From Thermoanaerobaculia bacterium (GTDB taxonomy: Bacteria; Acidobacteriota; Thermoanaerobaculia; Gp7-AA8): 64,000 nucleotides of DNA. This document shows, piece by piece, positions 1 through 9,135 of this stretch (position 1 is the stretch's first letter; every line of letters starts with the position of its first letter). Made by a program: the position numbers and the translations under genes. The stretch covers positions 2,728-66,727 of the forward strand of contig JBBRNB010000017.1 in the NCBI GenBank assembly GCA_038230535.1, in the 5' to 3' direction. A model generated the notes under the pieces. The model worked only from the letters and a program-made list of their open reading frames with translations, ran no database searches and was not told the origin of the DNA.

Positions 1-501
1 CGGCGATGGATCAACACGAGCGGCCGGGTGATGTGGGACCAGCTCAAACTGCGCATCCCGCTGGCTGGCGGCATCCTGCACCGCTTCGCCATCCTGCAGT
101 TCACGCAATCGCTGGGGACGCTGCTGGCGGGCGGGACGCCGATGGTTCCGGCCATCGAGATCGCTTCCCAGTCGGTGACGAACCATTCGGTGGCCACGAA
201 GATCTTCGGTATCGTGAAGAACGTGCGCGAAGGGGAGCCGCTGTGGCGCTCGCTGGAGAACACCGGCGCCATGAGCGACCTGACCGTGGAAATGATCAAG
301 GTCGGCGAGTCGACCGGCGCGCTGACGGAAATGCTCGGAAATGTCAGTGAGTTCTACGATGAGGAAATCGAATCCAGACTGACGCGCATGGTGTCGGCCA
401 TCGAGCCGCTCATCCTCGTTTTCATGGGCGCCGTGATCGCGGTTTTGCTCTACGCTTTCTATCTCCCGCTGTTCCAGTTGAGCAACGTCACCCAAAGCTG
501 A
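1..501 (+). CDS. pilC: Type IV pilus / T2SS inner-membrane platform protein, PilC/GspF family (C-terminal part; gene starts upstream of window)
   Basis: The frame is open from base 1. The translation has a GspF-type C-terminal domain and ends with a TM helix (ILVFMGAVIAVLLYAFYLPLF). pilB follows 28 nt downstream. Confidence 0.8.
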   Translation, partial: RRWINTSGRVMWDQLKLRIPLAGGILHRFAILQFTQSLGTLLAGGTPMVPAIEIASQSVTNHSVATKIFGIVKNVREGEPLWRSLENTGAMSDLTVEMIKVGESTGALTEMLGNVSEFYDEEIESRLTRMVSAIEPLILVFMGAVIAVLLYAFYLPLFQLSNVTQS

Positions 502-528
502 GCAACGTCACGGTATAAGAGACCATTC

Positions 529-2154
529 ATGGCCGCCGATCCACGCACGCTCCTGTACAAGAACGCCGATCCCACCGGAGAGGCCGCGCGCGCGCAGCGT
601 CTGGCTGATCAGTACGGTTTCGACTACGTCAACCTCGAACATTTCCAGGTCGATCACCAGCTCTTCCGCGACGTTCCGCTGGAGCTGATGATCCGCTACC
701 AGTTCCTGCCGGAGAAGCGCGAGAACGGCCACATCGCGGTCGTGGTCGGCGATCCGACCGACGTGCTGAAGATCGACGAGCTGGAGCTGCTCCTGGGCGC
801 TCCGCTCAAGGTCAAGGTGGCTTCGCCCGCGGCGATCCGCGACAAGCTTCAGAAGTCGGAGTCGACGCAACGCGTCCTGGACGAAGCCACCGAAGGCTTT
901 CGGATGACGCTGGTCGGCGAGGATGAAGAAGGCGAAGAGACGCTGACGATCGACTCCATCACGCAGCAGGAGTCGTCGCCGATCATCAAGCTGGTCGACT
1001 CCATCGTGTTCAACGCCATCCAGCGCCGGGCCTCGGATATCCACATCGAGACCCGCGACAACGAAGTGGTCGTCAAGTACCGCATCGACGGCGTGCTCTA
1101 CGAGGCGCTCGAGCCGATCGACAAGCGCCATCACACCACCATCATCTCGCGTATCAAGGTCATGTCGGAGCTCGACATCGCCGAGAAACGCGTCCCGCAG
1201 GACGGCCGCTTCAAGCTCCGGATCACCGGACGCACCATCGACTTCCGCGTCTCCATCGTACCGACCGCGCACGGCGAGGATTCGGTCATCCGTATCCTCG
1301 ACAAAGAGTCGATGAACTCTGACTTCAAGAGCCTCCGTCTCGACGTCCTTGGCTTCGATGACGAGATGCTCCTGAAGTTCCGCAAGTTCATCAAGGAGCC
1401 GTACGGCATGGTCCTGGTCACCGGCCCCACCGGCTCGGGCAAGACCACCACGCTCTATGCCGCTCTCTCCGAGATTCAGACATCGGAAGACAAGATCATC
1501 ACCATCGAGGACCCGGTCGAGTACCAGCTCCGCGGAATCACGCAGATCCCGGTCAACGAGAAAAAGGGGCTGACGTTCGCGCGCGGCCTCCGCGCCATCC
1601 TCCGCCATGACCCGGACAAGATCATGGTCGGCGAGATCCGCGACGAGGAGACGGCGGCCATCGCCGTACAATCCGCCCTCACCGGCCACCTCGTCTTCAC
1701 GACTGTCCACGCAAACAACGTGGTCGACGTGCTGGGCCGCTTTCTCAACATGAAGGTCGATCTCTACAACTTCGTCTCGGCGCTCAACTGCGTCCTGGCG
1801 CAGCGGCTGGTGCGGCGCATCTGCGACTCCTGCAAGCACGAGGTGTCGTATCCCGACTCGTTCATCGTCGAATCGGGCCTCGACCCGAAGGAGTACCGTG
1901 GACGGAAATTCTGGGAAGGGACGGGCTGCATCGACTGCAATGGAACAGGGTTCCACGGCCGCGCCGCGATCTCGGAACTTCTCGACCTCTCGGACCGTAT
2001 CCGAACCATGATTCTCGACCGCCGTCCCGCTTCGGAGATCAAGAAGGCCGCGAAAGAAGAGGGAATGCTGTTCCTCCGCGAATCGGCGCTCCAGAAAGTG
2101 GTCTCGGGACAGACCACGTTGCGCGAGATCAACAAGGTCACCTTCGTGGAGTGA
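529..2154 (+). CDS. pilB: Type IV pilus assembly / T2SS ATPase, PilB/GspE family
   Basis: There is a GspE N-terminal domain and the Walker A motif GPTGSGKTT. A tetracysteine motif (CDSC...CIDCNG) and Asp/His boxes are present. Length is 541 aa. Confidence 0.9.
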   Translation: MAADPRTLLYKNADPTGEAARAQRLADQYGFDYVNLEHFQVDHQLFRDVPLELMIRYQFLPEKRENGHIAVVVGDPTDVLKIDELELLLGAPLKVKVASPAAIRDKLQKSESTQRVLDEATEGFRMTLVGEDEEGEETLTIDSITQQESSPIIKLVDSIVFNAIQRRASDIHIETRDNEVVVKYRIDGVLYEALEPIDKRHHTTIISRIKVMSELDIAEKRVPQDGRFKLRITGRTIDFRVSIVPTAHGEDSVIRILDKESMNSDFKSLRLDVLGFDDEMLLKFRKFIKEPYGMVLVTGPTGSGKTTTLYAALSEIQTSEDKIITIEDPVEYQLRGITQIPVNEKKGLTFARGLRAILRHDPDKIMVGEIRDEETAAIAVQSALTGHLVFTTVHANNVVDVLGRFLNMKVDLYNFVSALNCVLAQRLVRRICDSCKHEVSYPDSFIVESGLDPKEYRGRKFWEGTGCIDCNGTGFHGRAAISELLDLSDRIRTMILDRRPASEIKKAAKEEGMLFLRESALQKVVSGQTTLREINKVTFVE

Positions 2155-2155
2155 T

Positions 2156-3046
2156 ATGGCGCGATCCTTCCCACCCGACGTTGTTGTGCTCGACAGCGAT
2201 TCTCTGATCCACGCCCGCGCCGTCCGCGGGCGGAAGGAGATGCAGATCGTGCAGGCCAAGAGCTACGCGCTTCGCGACGACACGTTCGCCCCGGGCGTAG
2301 TGTCGCCGCAACTGCAGAACGAGGCGATGTTCGCTGATGTTCTGCGCCGCATGAAGCTCGAGACAGGGAAATGGGACAAGGTGTCGGTCCTGCTTCCTGA
2401 CGTCTGGTTCCGCATGAACATCATCGAGCTGCAGGCGCTGCCGGAGCGCTCGAATGAAGCGGCCGAGGTGATTCGCTGGAGCCTGCGCCGGACCATGCCC
2501 ATCGATCCGGCTGCGCTGCGGATGTCGTACGAGATCCTCAGCCGCACTCCGCCGCGGGTCCTGGCGGTGAGCGCCGTCGAAGTCACCATCGCCGCGATCG
2601 AGAGGCTCTTCGAAGCGGCCGGCATCGAAGTGATCCTGGTCGAGCCGGTGGGCCTGAACATCTGGAACGCCATCACGGCGCGCGAAACGGTCACGGCCCG
2701 CGACCGGATCTTCTATTACATCCGCGAGCGCGATTTCACCACGGCACTCTTCCGAGGACCGCAGCCGCTTTTCATCCGCTCGCGCAATCTCGACGGCGAA
2801 CGAACGCTCCAGCAGGAGATCAAGCTCTCGGCGACGTATCTCCGCGACACGCTGCAGACGACCTCGGTCGAGAACTGTTACGTGGCCGGCAATGGCATTG
2901 ACGACTCGGTGACCGAGGCCATCGGCAGCGAGTTCTCGGCACCGGTGCGCAGGATCACTCTCCGCGACGTGGCCGAGCAGCCGCCGGGCGATGTCAGTTG
3001 GTATGAAGCGGAACTGACCGCGGCTACAGGAGTCTTCACAGGGTGA
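2156..3046 (+). CDS. pilM: PilM-like (actin-like) pilus assembly protein
   Basis: It lies between pilB and pilN. The N-terminus (VVVLDSDSLIHARAV) resembles an actin-like ATPase fold. The stop overlaps the next start. Confidence 0.5.
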   Translation: MARSFPPDVVVLDSDSLIHARAVRGRKEMQIVQAKSYALRDDTFAPGVVSPQLQNEAMFADVLRRMKLETGKWDKVSVLLPDVWFRMNIIELQALPERSNEAAEVIRWSLRRTMPIDPAALRMSYEILSRTPPRVLAVSAVEVTIAAIERLFEAAGIEVILVEPVGLNIWNAITARETVTARDRIFYYIRERDFTTALFRGPQPLFIRSRNLDGERTLQQEIKLSATYLRDTLQTTSVENCYVAGNGIDDSVTEAIGSEFSAPVRRITLRDVAEQPPGDVSWYEAELTAATGVFTG

Positions 3047-3618
3047 AACCTATCCACCTGAACCTTGCCTCGCGGCCGTTCCGCGACTACCGGCCTGTCT
3101 ATGCCGCCGTGGTCATCATGGCGATGCTGACGGCGTTTCTCGCCCTCAACAACGCCGACACGTTTCTCCACTACCGGACGGAGACGAGGACGACCCGTGC
3201 GAACATCGCCAGACTCGAAGGGCAGATCGCGGACGAACAGCGCCAGGCCGCGGCGCTCACGCAGCGGCTCAAGGGTGTCGACCTCAAACTCCTGGCATCG
3301 CAGACTGAATTCGCAAACTCGCAACTGGCCGAGCGTGCGTTCTCATGGAGCGAGCTGCTCGATCGTCTCGAGCGCGTCCTGCCGGCCGACGTCCGGCTGC
3401 AGTCGGTGACGCCGGCGTTCGAAAAGGACGGGCTGATCCATCTCTCCATGACGTGCATCACCAAAACCAACGACGGCCTCACGGCAACGATCAACCGCCT
3501 CAACGGCGACGCCCACTTCGCCAACGCCTTTCCCAGCAGCGATACGAAGGTGGAGGGGGAGTACCGCATCACGCTCAGCGTCGACTACCGTCCCTCGATC
3601 GCCAGGAGGGTTGAATGA
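3043..3618 (+). CDS. pilN: PilN-like fimbrial assembly protein
   Basis: The N-terminal INLASRPF motif is followed by a single TM helix and a coiled-coil segment, as in PilN. It is joined to its neighbours by 4-nt overlaps. Confidence 0.6.
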   Translation: MKPIHLNLASRPFRDYRPVYAAVVIMAMLTAFLALNNADTFLHYRTETRTTRANIARLEGQIADEQRQAAALTQRLKGVDLKLLASQTEFANSQLAERAFSWSELLDRLERVLPADVRLQSVTPAFEKDGLIHLSMTCITKTNDGLTATINRLNGDAHFANAFPSSDTKVEGEYRITLSVDYRPSIARRVE

Positions 3619-4214
3619 TCTGGCGTGAGAAACGGGTGCTGCTGATCGTTCTCGGTGTGCTGCTGCTCGCCAACACGGTCTTTTTCTTCACGTATCGCGT
3701 GCAATACGTCAGCCGGATCGCGGATCTCGACGGACGGCAGGAGCAGGCGCAGGCGCAGCTCGATCAGGCACGTCACCAGCGCATCACGGCGGAACAGCAG
3801 CTCGCCGCCTACAAGAAGGTGCAGAACGACCTTCAGGTGCTGTACAACGAGCGCTGGTCGACGCAGGTACAGCGGCTGACGGCGCTGATCGACGAAGTCA
3901 AGAGGCTCTCCGCCGCAAGCCACCTCGAGCCGCCCAGCTATCAGTTCTCGAACAGCGGCGAGACCAAGAGCGGAGCCAAAGGATCGATCGGTACGACCAC
4001 GGTCGGAATCGCCTTCACAGTGCAGGGAACCTACGAACAAACGCGGCGGCTCATCAATCTGCTGGAGCTGTCGGATCAATTCGTGATCATCGACGGGATC
4101 AGTCTGACGACCACCGGAAACCCCACCGACAAATCTCTGACGCTCAACATTCGACTCAAGACGTTGTTCCGCGACATGGGATTGAATGCACCCATCGCGA
4201 GCAGACAGTTGTGA
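3615..4214 (+). CDS. pilO: PilO-like pilus assembly protein
   Basis: It has one N-terminal TM helix, a long coiled coil and a C-terminal beta domain. Its position between pilN and the pilP-like gene fits the operon order. Confidence 0.5.
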   Translation: MIWREKRVLLIVLGVLLLANTVFFFTYRVQYVSRIADLDGRQEQAQAQLDQARHQRITAEQQLAAYKKVQNDLQVLYNERWSTQVQRLTALIDEVKRLSAASHLEPPSYQFSNSGETKSGAKGSIGTTTVGIAFTVQGTYEQTRRLINLLELSDQFVIIDGISLTTTGNPTDKSLTLNIRLKTLFRDMGLNAPIASRQL

Positions 4215-4900
4215 TGGACTGGATGAACTGGAAGACCTGGACCTCGATCGGAGCGATTCTCATCGCCATCTTTGCGATCTATGCATTCGCTTCGAATACG
4301 CATACGGGACTCGATACTCCGCCCGCGCCGGCGTCGTCGTCCGCGGCGGCGCCCGTCCACAAACCCCGTCTGCCTCAGGCTGCGAGCACCCCCGGCGTTC
4401 CTCTGCTGCACATCGAATGGCTCGACGCCCAGAGCGGCAGTTACAAGAGCGAGCGGAATCTCTTCGCCTTCAGAGAACCGCCTCCGCCTCCCCCTCCGCC
4501 TCCACCCAAAGTCGTACCGCCGCCGCCCGACCAGGATCACGACGGCATCCCCGACTTTCGCGACAACTGTCCGGCGGTCTACAACCCTGACCAGGCCGAC
4601 AGCGATCACAACGGTATTGGCGACGCGTGCGACGAAAAGTGGCAGGCCTACATCAAGGCAAATCCGCCTCCGCCGCCCGCGCCGGTACCGCCGCAGTTCA
4701 CATTCAAGTACATTGGTACGTTCGGCCCGGCGAACAATCCGATCGCGACGTTCACCGGTAACGGCGAGATCGTAAACGTACGAGTGGGCGAGACGATCGA
4801 CGGCAAGTTCGTGCTGCGCAGCATCGGCATCGAATCGGTCGAGATCGGATACGTCGGATTCCCCGCGGACGCGAAGACGCGGGTACCGATCGGACAGTGA
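4211..4900 (+). CDS. PilP-like pilot/periplasmic protein with polyproline tracts and a thrombospondin type-3 Ca-binding repeat
   Basis: An N-terminal TM/signal segment is followed by the tracts [17 protein letters not shown] and [10 protein letters not shown]. The segment [35 protein letters not shown] matches the TSP3 consensus. It sits immediately upstream of the secretin. Confidence 0.45.
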   Translation: MMDWMNWKTWTSIGAILIAIFAIYAFASNTHTGLDTPPAPASSSAAAPVHKPRLPQAASTPGVPLLHIEWLDAQSGSYKSERNLFAFREPPPPPPPPPPKVVPPPPDQDHDGIPDFRDNCPAVYNPDQADSDHNGIGDACDEKWQAYIKANPPPPPAPVPPQFTFKYIGTFGPANNPIATFTGNGEIVNVRVGETIDGKFVLRSIGIESVEIGYVGFPADAKTRVPIGQ

Positions 4901-5017
4901 CCTTTGCATAGCGCTGCCGTCAGATTGAACAGAATGAGGAGGGAGTCGCGAGCCGGGAGTCGGAGTAACGATTGCGAGTTTTACTCCGACCCCCGGCACG
5001 CGACCCCCGGAAAACGA

Positions 5018-7450
5018 ATGAACCATATAAAACTCGGAATCACAGCCCTCGCCTTGTCGCTGGTGGTGCTCTCATGCACCAGCTACAACGCGTTCCAGAA
5101 AGCAAAGACAGCCGAGCAGACGAACGATTGGGATCAGGCCGTCACCGAGTACCAGAAGGCGCTCGACGTCGATCCGAACAACTCGCTCTACAAGATCAAC
5201 CTTTCGCGCGCCAAACTCGAAGCCTCGCGCGTTCATTTCCAGAAAGGCAAGTCCCTTCGCGAAGCCGCGCTCAACGCCACCGGCAACGACCGCCTTCGTC
5301 TCATGCAGCTCGCCACCACTGAGCTGGAGCTGGTCATCAAGCTCGATCCGACCAATCAGTACGCCGCCGTCGAATACGGCAAGGCAGTGAACGTCCTGCA
5401 GGATGCTTCGAGGGCGGGCCAGCCGCCCTCGATCGACGATCTGAAGAGGCGGGCCAAGGCCAACACCTCGAAGTCGCAGCCGCCGCAGCTCAGCCCGAGC
5501 TCCGACCAGCCGATCTCGCTCTCGTTCCCGCACGAGACGCCGATCAAGGAAATCTACAAGGCGCTCGGCAACGCGTTCGGCATCAACATCCTCTTCGATC
5601 AGGCGGTGAAGGATGACCGCATCGCCATCGAGCTGAAGGACGTCACCGCACAGCAGGCGCTCGAGCGTCTCATGCAGGCCGCGAATCACTTCTACAAGGC
5701 TCTCGACGAGAAGACCATCATCGTCGTCCCCGACAATCCGCAGGCGCGGCGCGACTACGAGGACCTGGTGATCCGTACGTTCTACCTGTCGAACGGCGAC
5801 GCCGAACAGGTGACGAACGTCGTCCGGACCATGATCGAGGCCCGCAACGTCTTCCCGCTGAAAGCGCTCAACGCCATCACCATCCGCGACACCGCCGACA
5901 AGGTACGCATCGCCGAGAAGATCATCGAGGCCAACGACAAGGCCAAAGCCGAGGTTGTGGTCGACGTCGAACTGCTGCAGGTCGATCTCGACAGGACACG
6001 GAACATCGGCGCCGTCGTCACCAGCCTCGGAGGTACGGTTTCGGCGACTCCTGCCGCTCCGACGTCCACTACGGGAACCCCGGCACCGCAACCCACCAGC
6101 AATCTCGATACGCTTCGCGGCATCAGCAGCTCGAGCCTCAACTTCACGATTCCGACGATTACGTACGCGCTACTCAAGACCGTCGGCAATACCCGGACGC
6201 TCGCCAATCCCGAGCTGCGGATCTCCGAGGGTGAGAAGGCGACGCTGCACATCGGCCAGCGCGTTCCTGTGCCTGTGACGACGTTCACCACCGGCGTACA
6301 GAACGGAACCCTCGGCAGTCTGCCGGCGACGTCGTTCCAGTACCAGGACGTCGGCATCAAAGTCTCCATCGAGCCGCGCGTCCACCACAACGGTGAGGTG
6401 ACACTCAAGCTGAGCGTCGAAGTCTCCGACATCGCCGCCGGCAGCAACTCACAGGACCTGCCGAAGTTCAACACGCGCACGATCGAAGCCACCATCCGAC
6501 TCAAAGACGGCGAGACGAATTTCCTGGCCGGCCTCATTCAGGAAACCGAGGGGACGACCAGCCAGAAGACCCCCTTCCTGGGCGACATCCCCATCCTGGG
6601 ACGGCTCTTCACGCAGGATCACTCCACGAGGCAGCGGACGGACCTGATGCTGACGATGACACCGCACATCATCCGCATGCCGGACATCACCGAGGAAGAC
6701 ATGGCCCCGATGTGGGTCGGCACGCAGAGCAACCTGAGCTTCCGTGGCCTGTCGCCGCGGCTGGAGTCGCAGTCGACCGCTGATCCATTCACGCCGCGCA
6801 GCACGCAGCAGTTCGGTACCAGCGGCGTCGATGGCGACGGCAATCCGATTCCGGCCGGTGTTCGGCCTCCAGGCCCCGGACCAAACAACCTGTTCCGCGG
6901 CCGTCCGAATGTGCCGCGTGATCAGAACAACGGCACCCCGCAACAACCGCAGCCACCCCCGCAGCCGCAGAGCCAGCTCTCGACGCCAACGGGTGGAGCG
7001 GTAGTCGCTCAGTCGATCGCGGCCGCAGGCGACGGCCTCTCGCCGCGCATCCAGCCACAACCGATGCGCCTCTCGTTCAAACCGGGCGAAGAAAAGATGT
7101 GGAGCGTCGTCGGGATGGATCTCGACGGCCTGACCACGAACCAGATCCTGCTCCACTACGACCCACACACCCTCGAAGTGAGCGAAGTGGTCTTCGGTCC
7201 GGCCATGGTCATCGATCCGAGAACCCCGCCGGTGGCGACGATCGACCGCGAGCACGGTACCGTGCGCATTACCTCGTCGAGCGGCAAGCCGCTCCGGTTC
7301 AACGACGGCGGTGGTGACATCGCCTCGCTGCGTGTGCGCGGCGGCGCGCCGGGGGACACATACCTCGTACTCGAGAATCCAAACCTGACCAACGGCAACG
7401 GCGCGGTCGTGAACGCGTCGGTGTCGGGAGGCCATGCCAAGGTCGACTGA
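5018..7450 (+). CDS. pilQ: Secretin PilQ/GspD with TPR-like N-terminal region and C-terminal beta-sandwich (cohesin-like) extension
   Basis: A signal peptide (MNHIKLGITALALSLVVLSC) is followed by secretin-N and secretin domains (NPELRISEGEKATLHIG...FLGDIPILGRLF). A P/Q-rich linker and about 130 further residues lie beyond the secretin domain. Confidence 0.85.
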   Translation: MNHIKLGITALALSLVVLSCTSYNAFQKAKTAEQTNDWDQAVTEYQKALDVDPNNSLYKINLSRAKLEASRVHFQKGKSLREAALNATGNDRLRLMQLATTELELVIKLDPTNQYAAVEYGKAVNVLQDASRAGQPPSIDDLKRRAKANTSKSQPPQLSPSSDQPISLSFPHETPIKEIYKALGNAFGINILFDQAVKDDRIAIELKDVTAQQALERLMQAANHFYKALDEKTIIVVPDNPQARRDYEDLVIRTFYLSNGDAEQVTNVVRTMIEARNVFPLKALNAITIRDTADKVRIAEKIIEANDKAKAEVVVDVELLQVDLDRTRNIGAVVTSLGGTVSATPAAPTSTTGTPAPQPTSNLDTLRGISSSSLNFTIPTITYALLKTVGNTRTLANPELRISEGEKATLHIGQRVPVPVTTFTTGVQNGTLGSLPATSFQYQDVGIKVSIEPRVHHNGEVTLKLSVEVSDIAAGSNSQDLPKFNTRTIEATIRLKDGETNFLAGLIQETEGTTSQKTPFLGDIPILGRLFTQDHSTRQRTDLMLTMTPHIIRMPDITEEDMAPMWVGTQSNLSFRGLSPRLESQSTADPFTPRSTQQFGTSGVDGDGNPIPAGVRPPGPGPNNLFRGRPNVPRDQNNGTPQQPQPPPQPQSQLSTPTGGAVVAQSIAAAGDGLSPRIQPQPMRLSFKPGEEKMWSVVGMDLDGLTTNQILLHYDPHTLEVSEVVFGPAMVIDPRTPPVATIDREHGTVRITSSSGKPLRFNDGGGDIASLRVRGGAPGDTYLVLENPNLTNGNGAVVNASVSGGHAKVD

Positions 7451-7944
7451 TGAAAGGCCGTAAGAGTGCTCGCTCACAGGGTTTCACGGTAGCGGAACTG
7501 ATCACCGTCGTCGCGATCGTCGGAATCCTCGCATCCGTGGCTTTGCCCCTGGTCAACTTCGGCATGCGCCGGCAGAAGGAGATCGAGTTGCACGAGCGCC
7601 TGCGGCGGATTACTGATGCAATCGATCGCTACCACGAGCTACGCATGCAACCGGCGGGAAGCCCTGCCGGCATCAAGGAACCGCCCAGCCTCGGACAGGG
7701 ACCATGGCCGAAAGATCTCGAGTCGCTGACGAAGCCGATCGAGCTCAACAGCCAGCAGAAGGTTCGCCTCCTCCGCGTGCGCGACCTCGTCGATCCGATG
7801 ACCGGCAAGTCTGAATGGAACACTCTGTCCACCGAAGACGATCCCGACTCGACCTCGGGCTCGGGCGGCGTCAACGTTTACGAAGTTCATTCGAAGTCAA
7901 CCGCGCCGGCCCTGGATGGGAAGACGCATTACAACGAATGGTGA
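7450..7944 (+). CDS. Type IV pilin / pseudopilin (prepilin N-terminal methylation motif)
   Basis: The N-terminus MKGRKSARSQ-GFTVAELITVVAIVGILA has Glu at +5 of the mature end. The start overlaps the pilQ stop. Confidence 0.8.
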   Translation: MKGRKSARSQGFTVAELITVVAIVGILASVALPLVNFGMRRQKEIELHERLRRITDAIDRYHELRMQPAGSPAGIKEPPSLGQGPWPKDLESLTKPIELNSQQKVRLLRVRDLVDPMTGKSEWNTLSTEDDPDSTSGSGGVNVYEVHSKSTAPALDGKTHYNEW

Positions 7945-7957
7945 AGGAGCAGCCAAC

Positions 7958-8392
7958 GTGACACAGCGCCGCAAACAGCAATCCGGCTTCACCCTCATCG
8001 AGCTGATCGTGGTGGTCACGATCATCGGCATCCTGGCCGCGGTCGCTGTATCCAACGTCAAGTGGGCGCAGACAAAGGCCCGCGAAGCGGCGCTTCGCCA
8101 CGACCTCTTCGAGATGCGCAAGTCGCTCGACGACTACTACGCGGACAAGCAGAAGTATCCCGAAAGCCTGGCTGTATTGGCGCAGGAGCACTATCTGCGC
8201 GCCGTCCCCAAGGACCCGATGACCGGCAAGGCTGACTGGGAGGAAGTGCAGAACTCACCCGATCCCTCGGACCCGAATGCGGTTCCGACCGATCCCGCCG
8301 CACAGGCAGGCAACGCCGCACCAGGCATCTACGACGTTCACAGTCAGGCCCCGGGCAATGGACTCGATGGCACACCGTACAAGAGCTGGTGA
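7958..8392 (+). CDS. Type IV pilin / GspG-like pseudopilin
   Basis: A GTG start with an AAGGAG Shine-Dalgarno gives N-terminal QQSGFTLIELIVVVTIIGILAA. Confidence 0.75.
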   Translation: MTQRRKQQSGFTLIELIVVVTIIGILAAVAVSNVKWAQTKAREAALRHDLFEMRKSLDDYYADKQKYPESLAVLAQEHYLRAVPKDPMTGKADWEEVQNSPDPSDPNAVPTDPAAQAGNAAPGIYDVHSQAPGNGLDGTPYKSW

Positions 8393-9083
8393 ATCGCGCA
8401 CGAGCGGGCGCCCAACCTCTCAGTCGGGCTTCACCCTGGCCGGCGTCATCGTGATCATGACGATCATGATGATCGTCGTTGCCTACACGGTTCCACGTAT
8501 GTGGTCGACCGCGATCAAACGGGAGCGCGAACAGCAGGCGATCTTCGTCATGCAGCAGTACGCGAAGGCGATCACCGAATTCCGGACGAAAAACAACACG
8601 TACCCCACCTCGCCGCAACAGCTCAAGGACGCGCGCAAGCCACGCATGATCCGCGGAGTGAAAGGCGAGTGGACCGACCCGCTCACAGGCGAAGTCGATT
8701 GGCTGGTCATTCCGCAGTCAGCCGCCGGAGCCTTGCCGCAACACAATTTTTCGGGTGGCCAGAACAACCCGCCAGGATCTGGTTCCACAACCAATCCGGG
8801 TACGACCGGTAGTGCGGGGACAACCGGAACGACCGGTACGACAGGGTCAACCGGCACAACCGGTAGCACCGGAACGAATCCCCAGGCGCCGCCGGGTCTC
8901 CCGGGCATCCCCATCAAGGACTACGCCGGCGGCCCTTTCATCGGTGTCCGCCCCGCGGCCCACGGCAAGTCGATGATCAGCTTCCTTGGCGCTGAAACGT
9001 ACGAGACATGGGTCTATACCTCCCTCGACTACGATCAGGAGAAGGCCTTGCGCGTCGCGGCGGCCGGGACGGTGTATCGGTAG
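8358..9083 (+). CDS. Pilin-like protein with long leader and Thr/Gly-rich low-complexity segment
   Basis: It contains SQSGFTLAGVIVIMTIMMIVVAY and a (TTG/STG)n tract at about 8790-8880. Its start overlaps the 3' end of the preceding pilin gene. Confidence 0.6.
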   Translation: MDSMAHRTRAGESRTSGRPTSQSGFTLAGVIVIMTIMMIVVAYTVPRMWSTAIKREREQQAIFVMQQYAKAITEFRTKNNTYPTSPQQLKDARKPRMIRGVKGEWTDPLTGEVDWLVIPQSAAGALPQHNFSGGQNNPPGSGSTTNPGTTGSAGTTGTTGTTGSTGTTGSTGTNPQAPPGLPGIPIKDYAGGPFIGVRPAAHGKSMISFLGAETYETWVYTSLDYDQEKALRVAAAGTVYR

Positions 9084-9135
9084 CCACCAACAACCCACCC
9101 CTCCCACCCCACCACCCACTACAATCCCGTTTCGA

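Noticed and set aside
508-2259. 583-aa antisense ORF opposite pilB (and similar long antisense ORFs 44984-46903, 13350-14690, 5072-6091, 34256-35704, 50045-51037)
   Set aside because: They have high-GC shadow-ORF composition (Arg/Asp/Gly-rich) and no motifs. The opposite strand has clear domain signatures.
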